This document shows, piece by piece, positions 17,122 to 26,611 of a stretch of 62,000 nt of DNA; positions within the stretch are counted from its first letter, which is position 1; each line of letters opens with the position of its first letter. Position numbers and translations under genes: made by a program. The stretch is taken from contig NZ_JMCB01000002.1 of the NCBI RefSeq assembly GCF_000737315.1, positions 20,001 through 82,000 on the forward strand. The letters run 5' to 3'. The notes under the pieces are model-generated. The model was not told where the DNA came from. It ran no database searches and saw nothing but the letters and a program-made list of their open reading frames with translations. This stretch comes from Hyalangium minutum (GTDB taxonomy: Bacteria > Myxococcota > Myxococcia > Myxococcales > Myxococcaceae).

Positions 17122-20100
17122 ATGAGCCACCAGAACGATCTCCGCCTCTCCGCCTTCTTCTCGGACACCGAGGTCTTCCACCCCATCCAGCACCGCCACG
17201 ACATGTGGCGGCAGGATCCGTTCGATGTCGAGACGATCCACAAGGAGGCACGCTCCGCCTTCGAGCGCCTGCTGCTGCGCGCGACGACGCCCCCGCGCCC
17301 GGAGTCCGGCCGCATCCTGCTGCTGCTGGGGGACTCGGGCTGCGGGAAGACCCATCTGATGCGGGCCTTCCGCTCCAGGGCCCACGAGCGCTCGCTGGGC
17401 TTCGTCGGCTACATGCAGATGACGACGGCCCAGTCCAGCTATGGGCGCTACATGCTCAACAACCTGGTGGACTCGCTGGACCAGCCCTATCTGGCGCCCT
17501 CGGAGCCTCGTTCGGGCCTGGAGCGGCTCTCCGGAATGCTGCTGGAGCGGTGCAGCAAGGTCGCCGCCCTCCTCGCGGACTCCGAGCAGGATGCCGATGA
17601 GGTGCCCGCGCTGGTGGACATTGCCGCGGATGAACTCAAGGGGCAGCCCCTCTTCGAGCGGTGCGACCTGGACCTGATGCGGGCGCTCTTGTTCCTGCAG
17701 CGCAATGACACGCGCATCAAGAGCCGGGTGCTCAAGTACCTGCGCTGCGAGGATTTGTCCGAGGGCGATCGAAAGGTGCTCGGAGGTCTGGTGCCTCGCA
17801 TCCACGACCATCACCCTCTGGAGACCGTGGAGCACCTGGGGCGGCTCGTGGCGGCGCTGGACCACTCGCTGGTGTTGTGTGTGGACCAGCTCGAGGGGTT
17901 CAACGACTTCGAGTCCCAGCAGGTGCCGCACTTCCGCCGGGCCATGACCGCGCTGTGTGACTTGGCCGATCGCGTGCCCTCGTCGATCATCGTCATCAGC
18001 TGCTTGCACAACTTCTGGCAGGGGTTGAGCAACCAGCTCACGCAGTCGCTGCGGGACCGCATCGAGAATGCGCCGCCCTTCATCAAGCTGGAGGCCCAGC
18101 GCACGGCCGATGAGGCCCGGCTCATCACCGAGCGCAGGCTGGAGCACCTCTACGCGCTGAAGGATGCACCCTTTGATTACGCGGAGCCCACCTACCCCTT
18201 CCCGCATGAGGGCTTCGAGGCGCTGTCGGGCCATCGCGCACGGGAGGTTCTCGATACGTGCCGGCGCTGGCGCGAGCACGCCATCTCCACGGGAGTGCTT
18301 CCCCATCAGTTCCCCTTGAGCAGCGAGAAGGCAGAGCCGCTGCCCGAGGTTCCCCCGCAGGAGACCCTGGCGCTGGATCAGGAGTGGAACGATTTCCGCA
18401 CCGGGCACTCCACGCCGCCTCCGGAGGAGGACTCGGAGCTGTCCTCGCTGCTGGCGTGGGCGCTGCAAGCTTCCATGGACGAGTTGGAGACAGGACACCG
18501 CGTCCAGGCCCGGTCCGAGGGTGAGGCCCTCTTCGTGGAGCTCACGCCCGGAGATCAGCGGCTGCGCCTGGCCTTCTGCAACAAGGGGGCTCAGCGGGGA
18601 GCCCTCGCGAGGCAGATCGAACAGGTGCGCAAGGACGCCAAGGGGCGCATCCCCGTCGCCGTTCGTTCCAGCTCCTTTCCCAACAGCCCCAAGTCCGAGG
18701 CAGCCCTGGAGCTGGGCAAGCTCCTCAGCAAGGGCGGGCGCAACGCCGTGCTCGAGGACAGCGATTGCCGCCTCATCCTGGCGCTGAAGGCTTTCCGGCA
18801 GCAGCACGAGTCCTACCCGGGCTTTGCCGCGTGGCTCCGCTCGACCCAGCCCCTGAGCCAGCTCAAGCCCTTGCGGGACATTCTGGATCTCGACCACCTG
18901 AGCCGCCCGGCGGCCGTGCCCGGTGCAGCGCCCGCGCCCGCGGTGGCGCCGCAGACCGAGTCTTCAGCGCCTGCTCCCGTGACCGCTCCACCCGTGGCAG
19001 CTGCTCCTCCCCGGGCGGCGCCGGAGCGCCAAGGGACCGAGCAACCCCCCCCGCAGCGTCAGCCTTCTGCTCCCTCACGTGCGCGTGGGCCGGTGCCTCT
19101 CCGGTTGGGCGCCGAGGAGAGTCTGCTCAAGGAAGAGATCTCCCTGCTCCCGGATGAGCTGACCAAGCATGCGGCCTTCCTGGGCGGCTCCGGGAGCGGC
19201 AAGACGACACTGGCGCTGAACGTCATCGAGCAGCTCTTGCTGCAGGGCATTCCGGCCATCCTCGTGGATCGCAAGGGAGACCTGGCGGGCTATGCGACCG
19301 AGGAGTTCTGGACGCGCAGTGCCAGCAGCCCCGAGCGCGCCGAGCGCCAGGCCCGGCTCCGCGAGTGCCTGGATGTGGCGCTCTTCACTCCGGGGCATCC
19401 ACAAGGGCGTCCGCTGTCCATCGCCATCGTTCCGGAGGGGCTCGCTCAGCTGCCAGAGTTCGATCGGCAGTTGGCCACCCGCCATGCCGCGGATGCGCTG
19501 GCGGGCATGCTGGACTACCGGCAGAGCCCTCGCGACAAGTCCTGCCGGACCTTGCTCAGTCAGGCCATTGATCAATACGTCCAGCTCTCGCAGCAGACCG
19601 TCGCCCTGGAGCCGCTCATCCAGTTCATCGGGGACAAGGATCCTCGGCTGGTCAGCGCCGCGGGCCGGCTGGACACCAAGTTGTTCGACAAGCTGGCGGA
19701 TGACCTGGACCGGCTGCGCATCGACACGGAGAAGACCCAGCTGCTGGGGGGCAGCGGGGCAGACAAGCTCGACATGGACCTGCTGCTCGGACGAGGCGCC
19801 CATGCGCGGCCCGGAAAGACGCGCTTGAGCGTTCTCAGCACCCGGTTCCTGGGAGACACGCACAGCGTCCTCTTCTGGATCTCCCAGTTCCTCATTGAGG
19901 TGACGCGGTGGCTCAACCGCAGCCCCTCCAGCTCACTGCAGGCCGTCATCCTCTTTGACGAGGCGGACATGTACCTGCCTGCCACGCGTCAGCCCGCCAC
20001 CAAGCAGCCCATGGAGAACCTGCTGAAGCGGGCTCGCTCGGGAGGGCTGGGCTTGATGCTGGCGACCCAGAGCCCGGGCGACTTCGACTACAAGTGCCGC

Positions 20101-20349
20101 GACACCATCCGCTCCTGGTTCGTGGGCCGCGTCAAAGAGAAGAACTCCTTGGACAAGATGCGGCCCATGCTCAGCGAGGCCCGGGTGGACTTCACGGCGA
20201 AGATCCCCCAGCAGACCACGGGCGAGTTCCACCTCATCCGTGAGGGCAAGGTGAACCGCTTCCGGGCGGACCCGTCCGCCCTGTCCACCGAGCAGCTCGC
20301 GGAGGAGGAGCTGCTGCGGCTGGCCGCCCGCACTCAGTCGCGCCCCTGA
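17122..20349 (+). CDS. Dual P-loop ATPase: N-terminal AAA-like ATPase fused to a C-terminal HerA/FtsK-like (DUF87/DUF853-type) ATPase
   Basis: Walker A GDSGCGKT with Walker B LVLCVDQLE. Second Walker A HAAFLGGSGSGKTT, then ILVDRKGD, Walker B VILFDEAD and KRARSGGLGLMLATQSP. Confidence 0.88.
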   Translation: MSHQNDLRLSAFFSDTEVFHPIQHRHDMWRQDPFDVETIHKEARSAFERLLLRATTPPRPESGRILLLLGDSGCGKTHLMRAFRSRAHERSLGFVGYMQMTTAQSSYGRYMLNNLVDSLDQPYLAPSEPRSGLERLSGMLLERCSKVAALLADSEQDADEVPALVDIAADELKGQPLFERCDLDLMRALLFLQRNDTRIKSRVLKYLRCEDLSEGDRKVLGGLVPRIHDHHPLETVEHLGRLVAALDHSLVLCVDQLEGFNDFESQQVPHFRRAMTALCDLADRVPSSIIVISCLHNFWQGLSNQLTQSLRDRIENAPPFIKLEAQRTADEARLITERRLEHLYALKDAPFDYAEPTYPFPHEGFEALSGHRAREVLDTCRRWREHAISTGVLPHQFPLSSEKAEPLPEVPPQETLALDQEWNDFRTGHSTPPPEEDSELSSLLAWALQASMDELETGHRVQARSEGEALFVELTPGDQRLRLAFCNKGAQRGALARQIEQVRKDAKGRIPVAVRSSSFPNSPKSEAALELGKLLSKGGRNAVLEDSDCRLILALKAFRQQHESYPGFAAWLRSTQPLSQLKPLRDILDLDHLSRPAAVPGAAPAPAVAPQTESSAPAPVTAPPVAAAPPRAAPERQGTEQPPPQRQPSAPSRARGPVPLRLGAEESLLKEEISLLPDELTKHAAFLGGSGSGKTTLALNVIEQLLLQGIPAILVDRKGDLAGYATEEFWTRSASSPERAERQARLRECLDVALFTPGHPQGRPLSIAIVPEGLAQLPEFDRQLATRHAADALAGMLDYRQSPRDKSCRTLLSQAIDQYVQLSQQTVALEPLIQFIGDKDPRLVSAAGRLDTKLFDKLADDLDRLRIDTEKTQLLGGSGADKLDMDLLLGRGAHARPGKTRLSVLSTRFLGDTHSVLFWISQFLIEVTRWLNRSPSSSLQAVILFDEADMYLPATRQPATKQPMENLLKRARSGGLGLMLATQSPGDFDYKCRDTIRSWFVGRVKEKNSLDKMRPMLSEARVDFTAKIPQQTTGEFHLIREGKVNRFRADPSALSTEQLAEEELLRLAARTQSRP

Positions 20350-20403
20350 GCGTGGACCCCCGCGCTCCCGCATATAATGATGCGGGGCCTCAAAACGGGG
20401 TTG

Positions 20404-20494
20404 GGTAGGATGTTTGCCTACCTGAGTTTTCCACAAGTTGTCCCCACCTTCCCACAAATCAGCCATGTAGGTGATGTGGAGCTATTTGTAGGTG
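20404..20494. promoter_or_regulatory. Putative transcription-factor binding repeats upstream of the S8 peptidase gene
   Basis: TGTAGGTG at 20466 and 20487 (21-bp period), CCACAA at 20431 and 20452 (21-bp period), and an inverted GGTAGG/CCTACC pair at 20404/20417, all in an AT-richer intergenic stretch. Confidence 0.35.
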
Positions 20495-20532
20495 GATAGG
20501 CAACTTCCTCCGCCATTTGCCGACAATTCGGC

Positions 20533-22131
20533 ATGGCTACCATCTCCAAGCTCCCTTCTCCTTCGCTTCCGACTTCGACCCCCCGCACCGAGACGGCGCA
20601 GCCTAAGGCCCCGGCCCCGGCTCCTCGCTCGGAGGCCCGCGCGAGCCGCGCGGCGGATGGCTTCGACTCCGCACCCGCGCGCTCGAACTTCGTGGATCGC
20701 CCGGGCAACACCTTCGTGGCGCGCCCCACCGGCCTGCGTCCGGGCTCGCCGCAGCTGAACCCGACGGAGGCCCCCGCGCCCCGCCCGACGCTCTCGCGCC
20801 AGCCGCTGGCCCGCGAGGCGACAGCGCAGACGCTCAAGGCCGAGGCCACGCCGAACCTGGAGGTGAAGGACCTCTCCAAGGTCACCTCCACAGTGAGCTT
20901 CGACAAGGACGTGAGCATCGACTCGCTGAAGCTGTCGATGGACCTGGCGCACACCTACCGGGGCGACCTGAAGGTGACGCTGACGAGCCCCTCGGGGAAG
21001 ACGGCCACCATCAGCGACAAGCAGGGCGGCAGCGCGGACGACCTGAAGGGCACCTTTGACCTGAGCGCCTTCAAGGGTGAGAAGACGAAGGGCACCTGGA
21101 CGCTGACGGTGGAGGACACGGCGCGTTCCGACACGGGCACGCTGAAGAACTGGAGCCTCGAGGCCACGGGCAAGGCCGAGGGCCCGGTGGATCCGAAGCC
21201 GACCCCCAAGGGCCCGCCTGTCGTCGCCATCTTCGACGGCGGCGTGGACTACAAGCACTCGGACTTGGACGGGGCCATGTGGACCAACCCGAACGAAGTC
21301 GAGGGTGACGGCATCGACAACGACGGCAACGGCGTGGCGGACGACATGCACGGCTTCAACGTGGGCTTCAACTCGGGCGACCCGATGAAGGGCGAGGGCA
21401 CGGACCACGGCACGCACGTGGCGGGCATCATCGCCGCCGAGGACAACGGCCAGGGCAACACTGGCGTGGCGGCGGGCAAGGCGCAGGTGCTCTCGGTGGG
21501 CGGCCTCTACGACGGCAATGACTTGCTGACGAACTTCGAGCGCTCGGTGGACTACGTGGTGGGCCTGAAGGACAAGGGCGCCAACATCCGCGCGGTGAAC
21601 GCGAGCTTCGGGGACGAGTACAAGGACGCGGCCTCGCAGGCGCGCTGGAAGGCGGCCATCCAGAAGCTGGCGGACGCTGACATCCTCCTGGTGGCGGCCA
21701 CGGCGAACGGCAACGGCAGCAACATGAACAACGTGCAGGACTTCCCGGCCAACGTGGATCTGCCCAACGTCATCACCGTGGCGTCCATGGACAAGAACAA
21801 CGACAAGCTGGCGCGCTTCTCCTCGCACGGCGACAAGGTGGTGGAGCTGGCCGCAGTGGGCGAGGACGTGCTGAGCACGGTGCCGGGCGGCCGCTGGGAG
21901 AAGATGAGCGGCACCTCCATGGCCACCCCGCGCGTGGCGGCCACCGCGGCGCTCATGTTCGCGGAGAACCCCAACCTCACGGCGGCGCAGGTGCGCGACA
22001 TGCTGGTGAAGACGGTGGAGGTGGATCCGGACCTGAAGGGCAAGGTGAGCACGGGCGGCAAGCTGGACATCGCCGCCGCCGTGGCCGCCGCCCGCGCCGC
22101 CGCGGCCACCTCCTTCGCCGCGCGCCCGTAG
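20533..22131 (+). CDS. S8 subtilisin-like serine peptidase with N-terminal proprotein-convertase P domain
   Basis: Catalytic triad motifs AIFDGGVD, HGTHVAG and GTSMATP. P-domain pattern HTYRGDLKVTLTSPSG...GTWTLTVEDTARSDTGTLKNWSL. Confidence 0.92.
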   Translation: MATISKLPSPSLPTSTPRTETAQPKAPAPAPRSEARASRAADGFDSAPARSNFVDRPGNTFVARPTGLRPGSPQLNPTEAPAPRPTLSRQPLAREATAQTLKAEATPNLEVKDLSKVTSTVSFDKDVSIDSLKLSMDLAHTYRGDLKVTLTSPSGKTATISDKQGGSADDLKGTFDLSAFKGEKTKGTWTLTVEDTARSDTGTLKNWSLEATGKAEGPVDPKPTPKGPPVVAIFDGGVDYKHSDLDGAMWTNPNEVEGDGIDNDGNGVADDMHGFNVGFNSGDPMKGEGTDHGTHVAGIIAAEDNGQGNTGVAAGKAQVLSVGGLYDGNDLLTNFERSVDYVVGLKDKGANIRAVNASFGDEYKDAASQARWKAAIQKLADADILLVAATANGNGSNMNNVQDFPANVDLPNVITVASMDKNNDKLARFSSHGDKVVELAAVGEDVLSTVPGGRWEKMSGTSMATPRVAATAALMFAENPNLTAAQVRDMLVKTVEVDPDLKGKVSTGGKLDIAAAVAAARAAAATSFAARP

Positions 22132-22134
22132 TCC

Positions 22135-22521
22135 TCAGTGGGAGGCGGTGACTTCCGGGCAGTGACGCCGGGTGATGCTGACGAACTCCTGGAGCTGGAA
22201 GGGCTTCTCGAGGAGGCCCACGGCCTTCATCTCCTGAGCGATCGGCGTCAGGTCCCGGAACGCGGAGATGACCACCACGGGGATGGACGCCAGCTCGGGG
22301 GTGCGCAGCTGCTCCTGCCGGAAGGCGCGGCCGTCCATCCGGGGCATCATCAGGTCCAGGAAGATGAGGCAGGGCTGGGGCCCGGGGCCGCGCAGCCGGT
22401 CCAGCGCCTCGAGCCCGTTCTCGGCGCCCACGGCCTCATAGCCCTGGTCCTCCAGAATCTCGAGGAGGCTCTCACGGATCTCCAGGTCGTCCTCGACGAT
22501 CAGGACGCGGTGGGACTTCAT
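22135..22521 (-). CDS. Single-domain response regulator
   Basis: VLIVEDD, FLDLMMPRMDG, VISA and LEKPF receiver motifs. Start overlaps the kinase stop. Confidence 0.93.
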   Translation of the reverse strand: MKSHRVLIVEDDLEIRESLLEILEDQGYEAVGAENGLEALDRLRGPGPQPCLIFLDLMMPRMDGRAFRQEQLRTPELASIPVVVISAFRDLTPIAQEMKAVGLLEKPFQLQEFVSITRRHCPEVTASH

Positions 22522-24104
22522 GCGGGCAGCTCCTCGGAAGAAGTGCGCTCGGGCTCGGGGTGCACGCTGGGGGCCAGCGGCAGCCGGACCGTGAAGCAGG
22601 CCCCGCCCTCGGGCAGGTTGTGCGCGGTCACCATTCCATCGTGCGCCTTGACGATCTCCCGGACGACGTAGAGGCCGAGCCCCAGGCCTCCGTAGTGGCG
22701 TATCTCGGCGGCGCGCTCGAAGCGGTCGAAGATGCGGGACAGGGCGTCCTCCGGGATGCCCGGGCCCCGGTCGCGCACGTCGATGACCGCCGTCTCTCCG
22801 TCCTGGGCGAGCGACACCTCGATGGGCGCACCGGCCGCGTACTTGAGGGCGTTGGACACCAGGTTGCTCACCACCTGCTCCAGGCGCAGCCGGTCCCAGG
22901 TGCCCACGATGGAAGCGCCCGTGCGCAGGGTGAGCGCACAGCCCGCGCGGGTGGCGGCGTCCCGGAAGCGCTCGGCGGCCTCGCTCACGGCCTCGGTGAG
23001 CTCGAAGCGCTGCAGGCTCAGCTCGAAGTGGCCCGTGGAGATGCGCGAGACGTCCAGCAGTGTCTCGACGAGGTCGGTCAGCCGCTCGGTGCTCCGGGCG
23101 GCCCGGTCAATCTTCGTCACCACCCGCTTCTCCAGCTCGTCGCTGCGCTGACGCAAGCCCTGCAGCTGGAGCTGGAGCGCGGTGAGGGGCGTCTTGAGCT
23201 CATGCGAGGCAATGGAGAGGAACTCGTCCCGCAGGCGGATGGCCTCCTGCGCCTGGGCCAGTCGCAGCTGCTCCTGCGCCATCCGCCGGCGCTCGGTCAA
23301 ATCCCGCGTCACCTTGGCGAAGCCGATGTGCTTGCCCGTGCTGTCGCGCAGCACGGTGAGGATGACGCTGGCCCAGAAGCGGGAGCCGTCCTTGCGCACC
23401 CGCCAGCCCTCCTCCTCGTAGCGGCCCTCTCGCAACGTGATCTCCAGCTCGCGCTCGCACTTGCTGGAGCGGACGTCCTCCTCCGGGTAGAAGCGGGTGA
23501 AGTGCTGGCCGATGATTTCCTGAGCCGTGTAGCCTTTGATGCGCTCGGCACCGGGGTTCCACGTCATCACATGGCCCTGGGTGTCCAGCATGAAGATGGC
23601 GTAGTCCTTCACGCCATCGACGAGCAGGCGGAAGCGCTCCTCGCTCAGTCGCAGCTGCTCCTCCGCGAGCCGGCGCTCCGTGAGATCCCGCGTGACCTTG
23701 GAGAAGCCAATCAGCCGCCCTGAGGCATCCCTCATGGCCGACAGCACCACATTGGCCCAGAAGGGGGTACCGTCCTTGCGCACCCGCCAGCCCTCGTACT
23801 CGAAGCGCCCCTCCTCTGCGGCCCGCTTCAGGTGCAGCTGGGGCTTGCCGATGTGCTGATCCTCCGGCGTGTAGAAGCGCGAGAAGTGCTGGCCGATGAT
23901 CTCTTCGGCGCGGTAACCCTTGGTGCGCTCGGCACCGGGGTTCCAGGTCAGGATTCTCCCCTGGGGATCCAGCATGAAGATGGCGTAATCGCGGACGCTC
24001 TCAATGAGCATCCGCCAGGGGCCCTGGTCATTCCATAAGGGGGGGAGGGCTTCTGCCACGGAGCGATCCTGCCGCGGAGCGACTGTCCGCTCGTCGTCGG
24101 TCAT
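22518..24104 (-). CDS. PAS-PAS sensor histidine kinase
   Basis: Two similar PAS repeats (IFMLD..G....WNPGAER..GY...EIIGQHF); H-box IASHELKTPLT; NLVSNALKY; DRGPGIP; GGLGLGL. Confidence 0.94.
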   Translation of the reverse strand: MTDDERTVAPRQDRSVAEALPPLWNDQGPWRMLIESVRDYAIFMLDPQGRILTWNPGAERTKGYRAEEIIGQHFSRFYTPEDQHIGKPQLHLKRAAEEGRFEYEGWRVRKDGTPFWANVVLSAMRDASGRLIGFSKVTRDLTERRLAEEQLRLSEERFRLLVDGVKDYAIFMLDTQGHVMTWNPGAERIKGYTAQEIIGQHFTRFYPEEDVRSSKCERELEITLREGRYEEEGWRVRKDGSRFWASVILTVLRDSTGKHIGFAKVTRDLTERRRMAQEQLRLAQAQEAIRLRDEFLSIASHELKTPLTALQLQLQGLRQRSDELEKRVVTKIDRAARSTERLTDLVETLLDVSRISTGHFELSLQRFELTEAVSEAAERFRDAATRAGCALTLRTGASIVGTWDRLRLEQVVSNLVSNALKYAAGAPIEVSLAQDGETAVIDVRDRGPGIPEDALSRIFDRFERAAEIRHYGGLGLGLYVVREIVKAHDGMVTAHNLPEGGACFTVRLPLAPSVHPEPERTSSEELPA

Positions 24105-24246
24105 CTGTACTCCGGCTCGAGGATGCGCTGGCTAGGCAGACAAGGTACTGCCCGCTTCCAATCTGGGTTCGCAAGATGCGAGAAACAACCCCGATCTTCG
24201 TAAAAACATTGAACCATCAAAGATCTATTGGATCTTCCGGAGTCAC

Positions 24247-26058
24247 ATGAGTCGCTCGCGCAGGGAGTTTCTGACCAGTACCGCACTGGGCGTGGCCGGA
24301 GTGGCCGCGGCCGTTACCGCAGAGGCGGCACCTTCCGATGCGGGTGTTCCGGCGGCAGCGCCTGCTGGTGCACCGCCCGCGTTTGGGACTGCACCCTCCG
24401 TGGGGCCTGGGGTGAGCGCGGCCACCTTCGCGGAGGCGGAGAAGCTGGTGCAGGTGCAGCTCACTCCAGCGGAGAGGGCTCAGGCGGCCAGCAACTGGCG
24501 CGAGATGATGGCCCCGCTCTACGAGTTCCGCACGGGGCCCCGCCGCGCGAAGCTGGAGCCGGAGGTGGCGCCCGCCTCGCGGTGGGACCCCTTGCTCCCT
24601 GGGCTCGCCAGCGGGCCTGCGCGCAACCGCTTCGTGCGGAGCAAGGCCTCGCCCGGGCCATTGCCGGGGAAGGATGAGGACATCGCCTTCGCGCCCGTCA
24701 CGGCGCTCTCGAGGTGGCTCGAGTCCCGGGCGCTGAGCTCGGAGCGGCTCACGCGCATCTACCTGGAGCGGCTGCAGCGCTTCGATCCGAAGCTGAAGTG
24801 CGTCATCACCCTGACGCCGGAGCTGGCGCTGGAGCAGGCCCGGCGCGCGGACAAGGAGATTGCCGCGGGCAAGTATCGCGGTCCGCTGCACGGCATCCCC
24901 TGGGGCGCGAAAGACTTGGTGGACACGGCGAACATTCCCACCACCTACGGCGCCGAGCCGTTCCGCAACCGCGTGCCCACCGCGGATGCGACGGTGGTGG
25001 ACCGGCTGCACCGTGCGGGCGCGGTGCTGGTGGCCAAGCTGAGCCTGGGCGCGCTGGCGCTCAATGACGTCTGGTTCGGCGGCGAGACGAAGAACCCGTG
25101 GCTCTTGGAGGAGGGCTCCTCGGGCAGCAGTGCGGGGCCGGGCGCGGCGACGGCGGCGGGCCTCGTGGGCTTCTCGCTGGGGAGCGAGACGGGAGGCAGC
25201 ATCATCTCGCCGTCCATGCGCTGTGGCATCACCGGCCTGCGGCCCACGTTTGGCCGCGTGCCGCGCACTGGCGCGATGACGCTGTGCTGGTCGCTGGACA
25301 AGCTCGGGCCGATGACGCGCGGGGTGGAGGACTCGCTGCTGGTGCTCCAGGCGCTCTCCGGGCCGGACGCGGGCGATGTGGACAGCGTGCCGAGCGCGCT
25401 GGACTTCGACGCCACCGCCGGCGTGAAGGGCCTGCGCGTGGGTTATTTCCCAACGTGGATGGAGGACTTCCCCGCGACGGACGTGGACCGCGCCGCGCTG
25501 GAGACGCTGAAGCGGCTGGGGCTGAAGCCGGTGGAAGTCACGCTGCCGGACTGGCCGTACATCTCACTGATGATCATCCTCTTCGCCGAGGCGGCGGCGG
25601 CCTTCGAGGAGCTCACGCTGAGCCACGGCGTGGACGCGCTGAAGATGCAGGTGCCGGACGCGTGGCCGAACCTCTTCCGCCAAGCGCGCTTCCTGTCGGC
25701 GGTGGACCTCATCCAAGCGGATCGGCTGCGGCGCAAGGTGGCGCAGGAGATGGTGCGGGTGATGAAGGAGGTGGACCTGCTGCTGGTGCCCTCGCTGCAG
25801 CTCGACATGCTCACGATCAGCAACTTCACGGGGCACCCCTCGCTGACGCTGCGCACGGGTTTCGTGGAGGTGGATCAGGCCCGGAGCGACTGGGCGCCGG
25901 ACCCCGCGCGGCCGCTGCCGAAGTTCTCGCCCATGCGGCGGGTTCCGCACGGCGTCACGCTCATCGGGCGGCTGTTCGACGAGGGGACGCTGGGCCGGGT
26001 GGGCATGGCCCTGGAGAGGGCCTCGGGTGTCGCGGGTGAACGGCCCCCGGGCTTCTGA
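24247..26058 (+). CDS. Amidase-signature family enzyme with Tat signal
   Basis: SRREFL twin-arginine motif; GPLHGIPWGAKD, GSSGSSAG and GSETGGSI motifs. Confidence 0.92.
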   Translation: MSRSRREFLTSTALGVAGVAAAVTAEAAPSDAGVPAAAPAGAPPAFGTAPSVGPGVSAATFAEAEKLVQVQLTPAERAQAASNWREMMAPLYEFRTGPRRAKLEPEVAPASRWDPLLPGLASGPARNRFVRSKASPGPLPGKDEDIAFAPVTALSRWLESRALSSERLTRIYLERLQRFDPKLKCVITLTPELALEQARRADKEIAAGKYRGPLHGIPWGAKDLVDTANIPTTYGAEPFRNRVPTADATVVDRLHRAGAVLVAKLSLGALALNDVWFGGETKNPWLLEEGSSGSSAGPGAATAAGLVGFSLGSETGGSIISPSMRCGITGLRPTFGRVPRTGAMTLCWSLDKLGPMTRGVEDSLLVLQALSGPDAGDVDSVPSALDFDATAGVKGLRVGYFPTWMEDFPATDVDRAALETLKRLGLKPVEVTLPDWPYISLMIILFAEAAAAFEELTLSHGVDALKMQVPDAWPNLFRQARFLSAVDLIQADRLRRKVAQEMVRVMKEVDLLLVPSLQLDMLTISNFTGHPSLTLRTGFVEVDQARSDWAPDPARPLPKFSPMRRVPHGVTLIGRLFDEGTLGRVGMALERASGVAGERPPGF

Positions 26059-26167
26059 TCCGGCCAGTCCACATTTCCGGCAGGATTCCGTTGCAACCCG
26101 GGGCGTTGGTCACTACGTCGGGAGCGCTCAGTCGTAGGCACTCCACCCGAAGTAAATCGAGGACACC

Positions 26168-26602
26168 ATGGCTCCTGTCACCATCACCCCCCTGTACACC
26201 GCCACCGCGACCTCTCACGGTGGCCGCAATGGCCGCGTGAAGTCGTCGGACAGCGTGCTGGACCTGCCGCTGGCGATGCCCAAGGAGCTGGGTGGGCCGG
26301 GCGGTGCGGTCACCAACCCCGAGCAGCTCTTCGCGGCGGGCTACTCCGCGTGCTTCGAGGGCGCGCTCCGGCTGGTGGCGGGCAAGCAGGGCAAGAACGT
26401 GAAGGACGCGAGCATCACCGCGCAGGCCACCATCGGCAAGACGCCGGATGGGGGCTTCGGGCTGGCGGTGGAGCTCAAGGGCAAGCTGCCCGGCCTCTCC
26501 AAGGAAGAGGCCGAGAAGCTCATGCACGACGCGCATCAGGTGTGCCCGTACTCCAAGGCCACGCGCGACAACATCAACGTGACGCTCTCCGTGGAGAGCT
26601 GA
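26168..26602 (+). CDS. ohr: Organic hydroperoxide resistance protein
   Basis: GGRNG, TNPEQLFAAGYSACF and AHQVCPYSKATR with both catalytic Cys. Confidence 0.95.
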   Translation: MAPVTITPLYTATATSHGGRNGRVKSSDSVLDLPLAMPKELGGPGGAVTNPEQLFAAGYSACFEGALRLVAGKQGKNVKDASITAQATIGKTPDGGFGLAVELKGKLPGLSKEEAEKLMHDAHQVCPYSKATRDNINVTLSVES

Positions 26603-26611
26603 GCCGGGCGG

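Noticed and set aside
20427-20435. DnaA-box-like TTTTCCACA suggesting an origin
   Set aside because: Single match, no cluster of boxes, no unwinding element and no dnaA/dnaN context.
7196-24104. Nucleotide similarity between the two PAS kinases around the H-box, and between the two PAS repeats of the 22518-24104 gene
   Set aside because: Expected paralogy within a large myxobacterial kinase family, not a recent duplication or mobile repeat.
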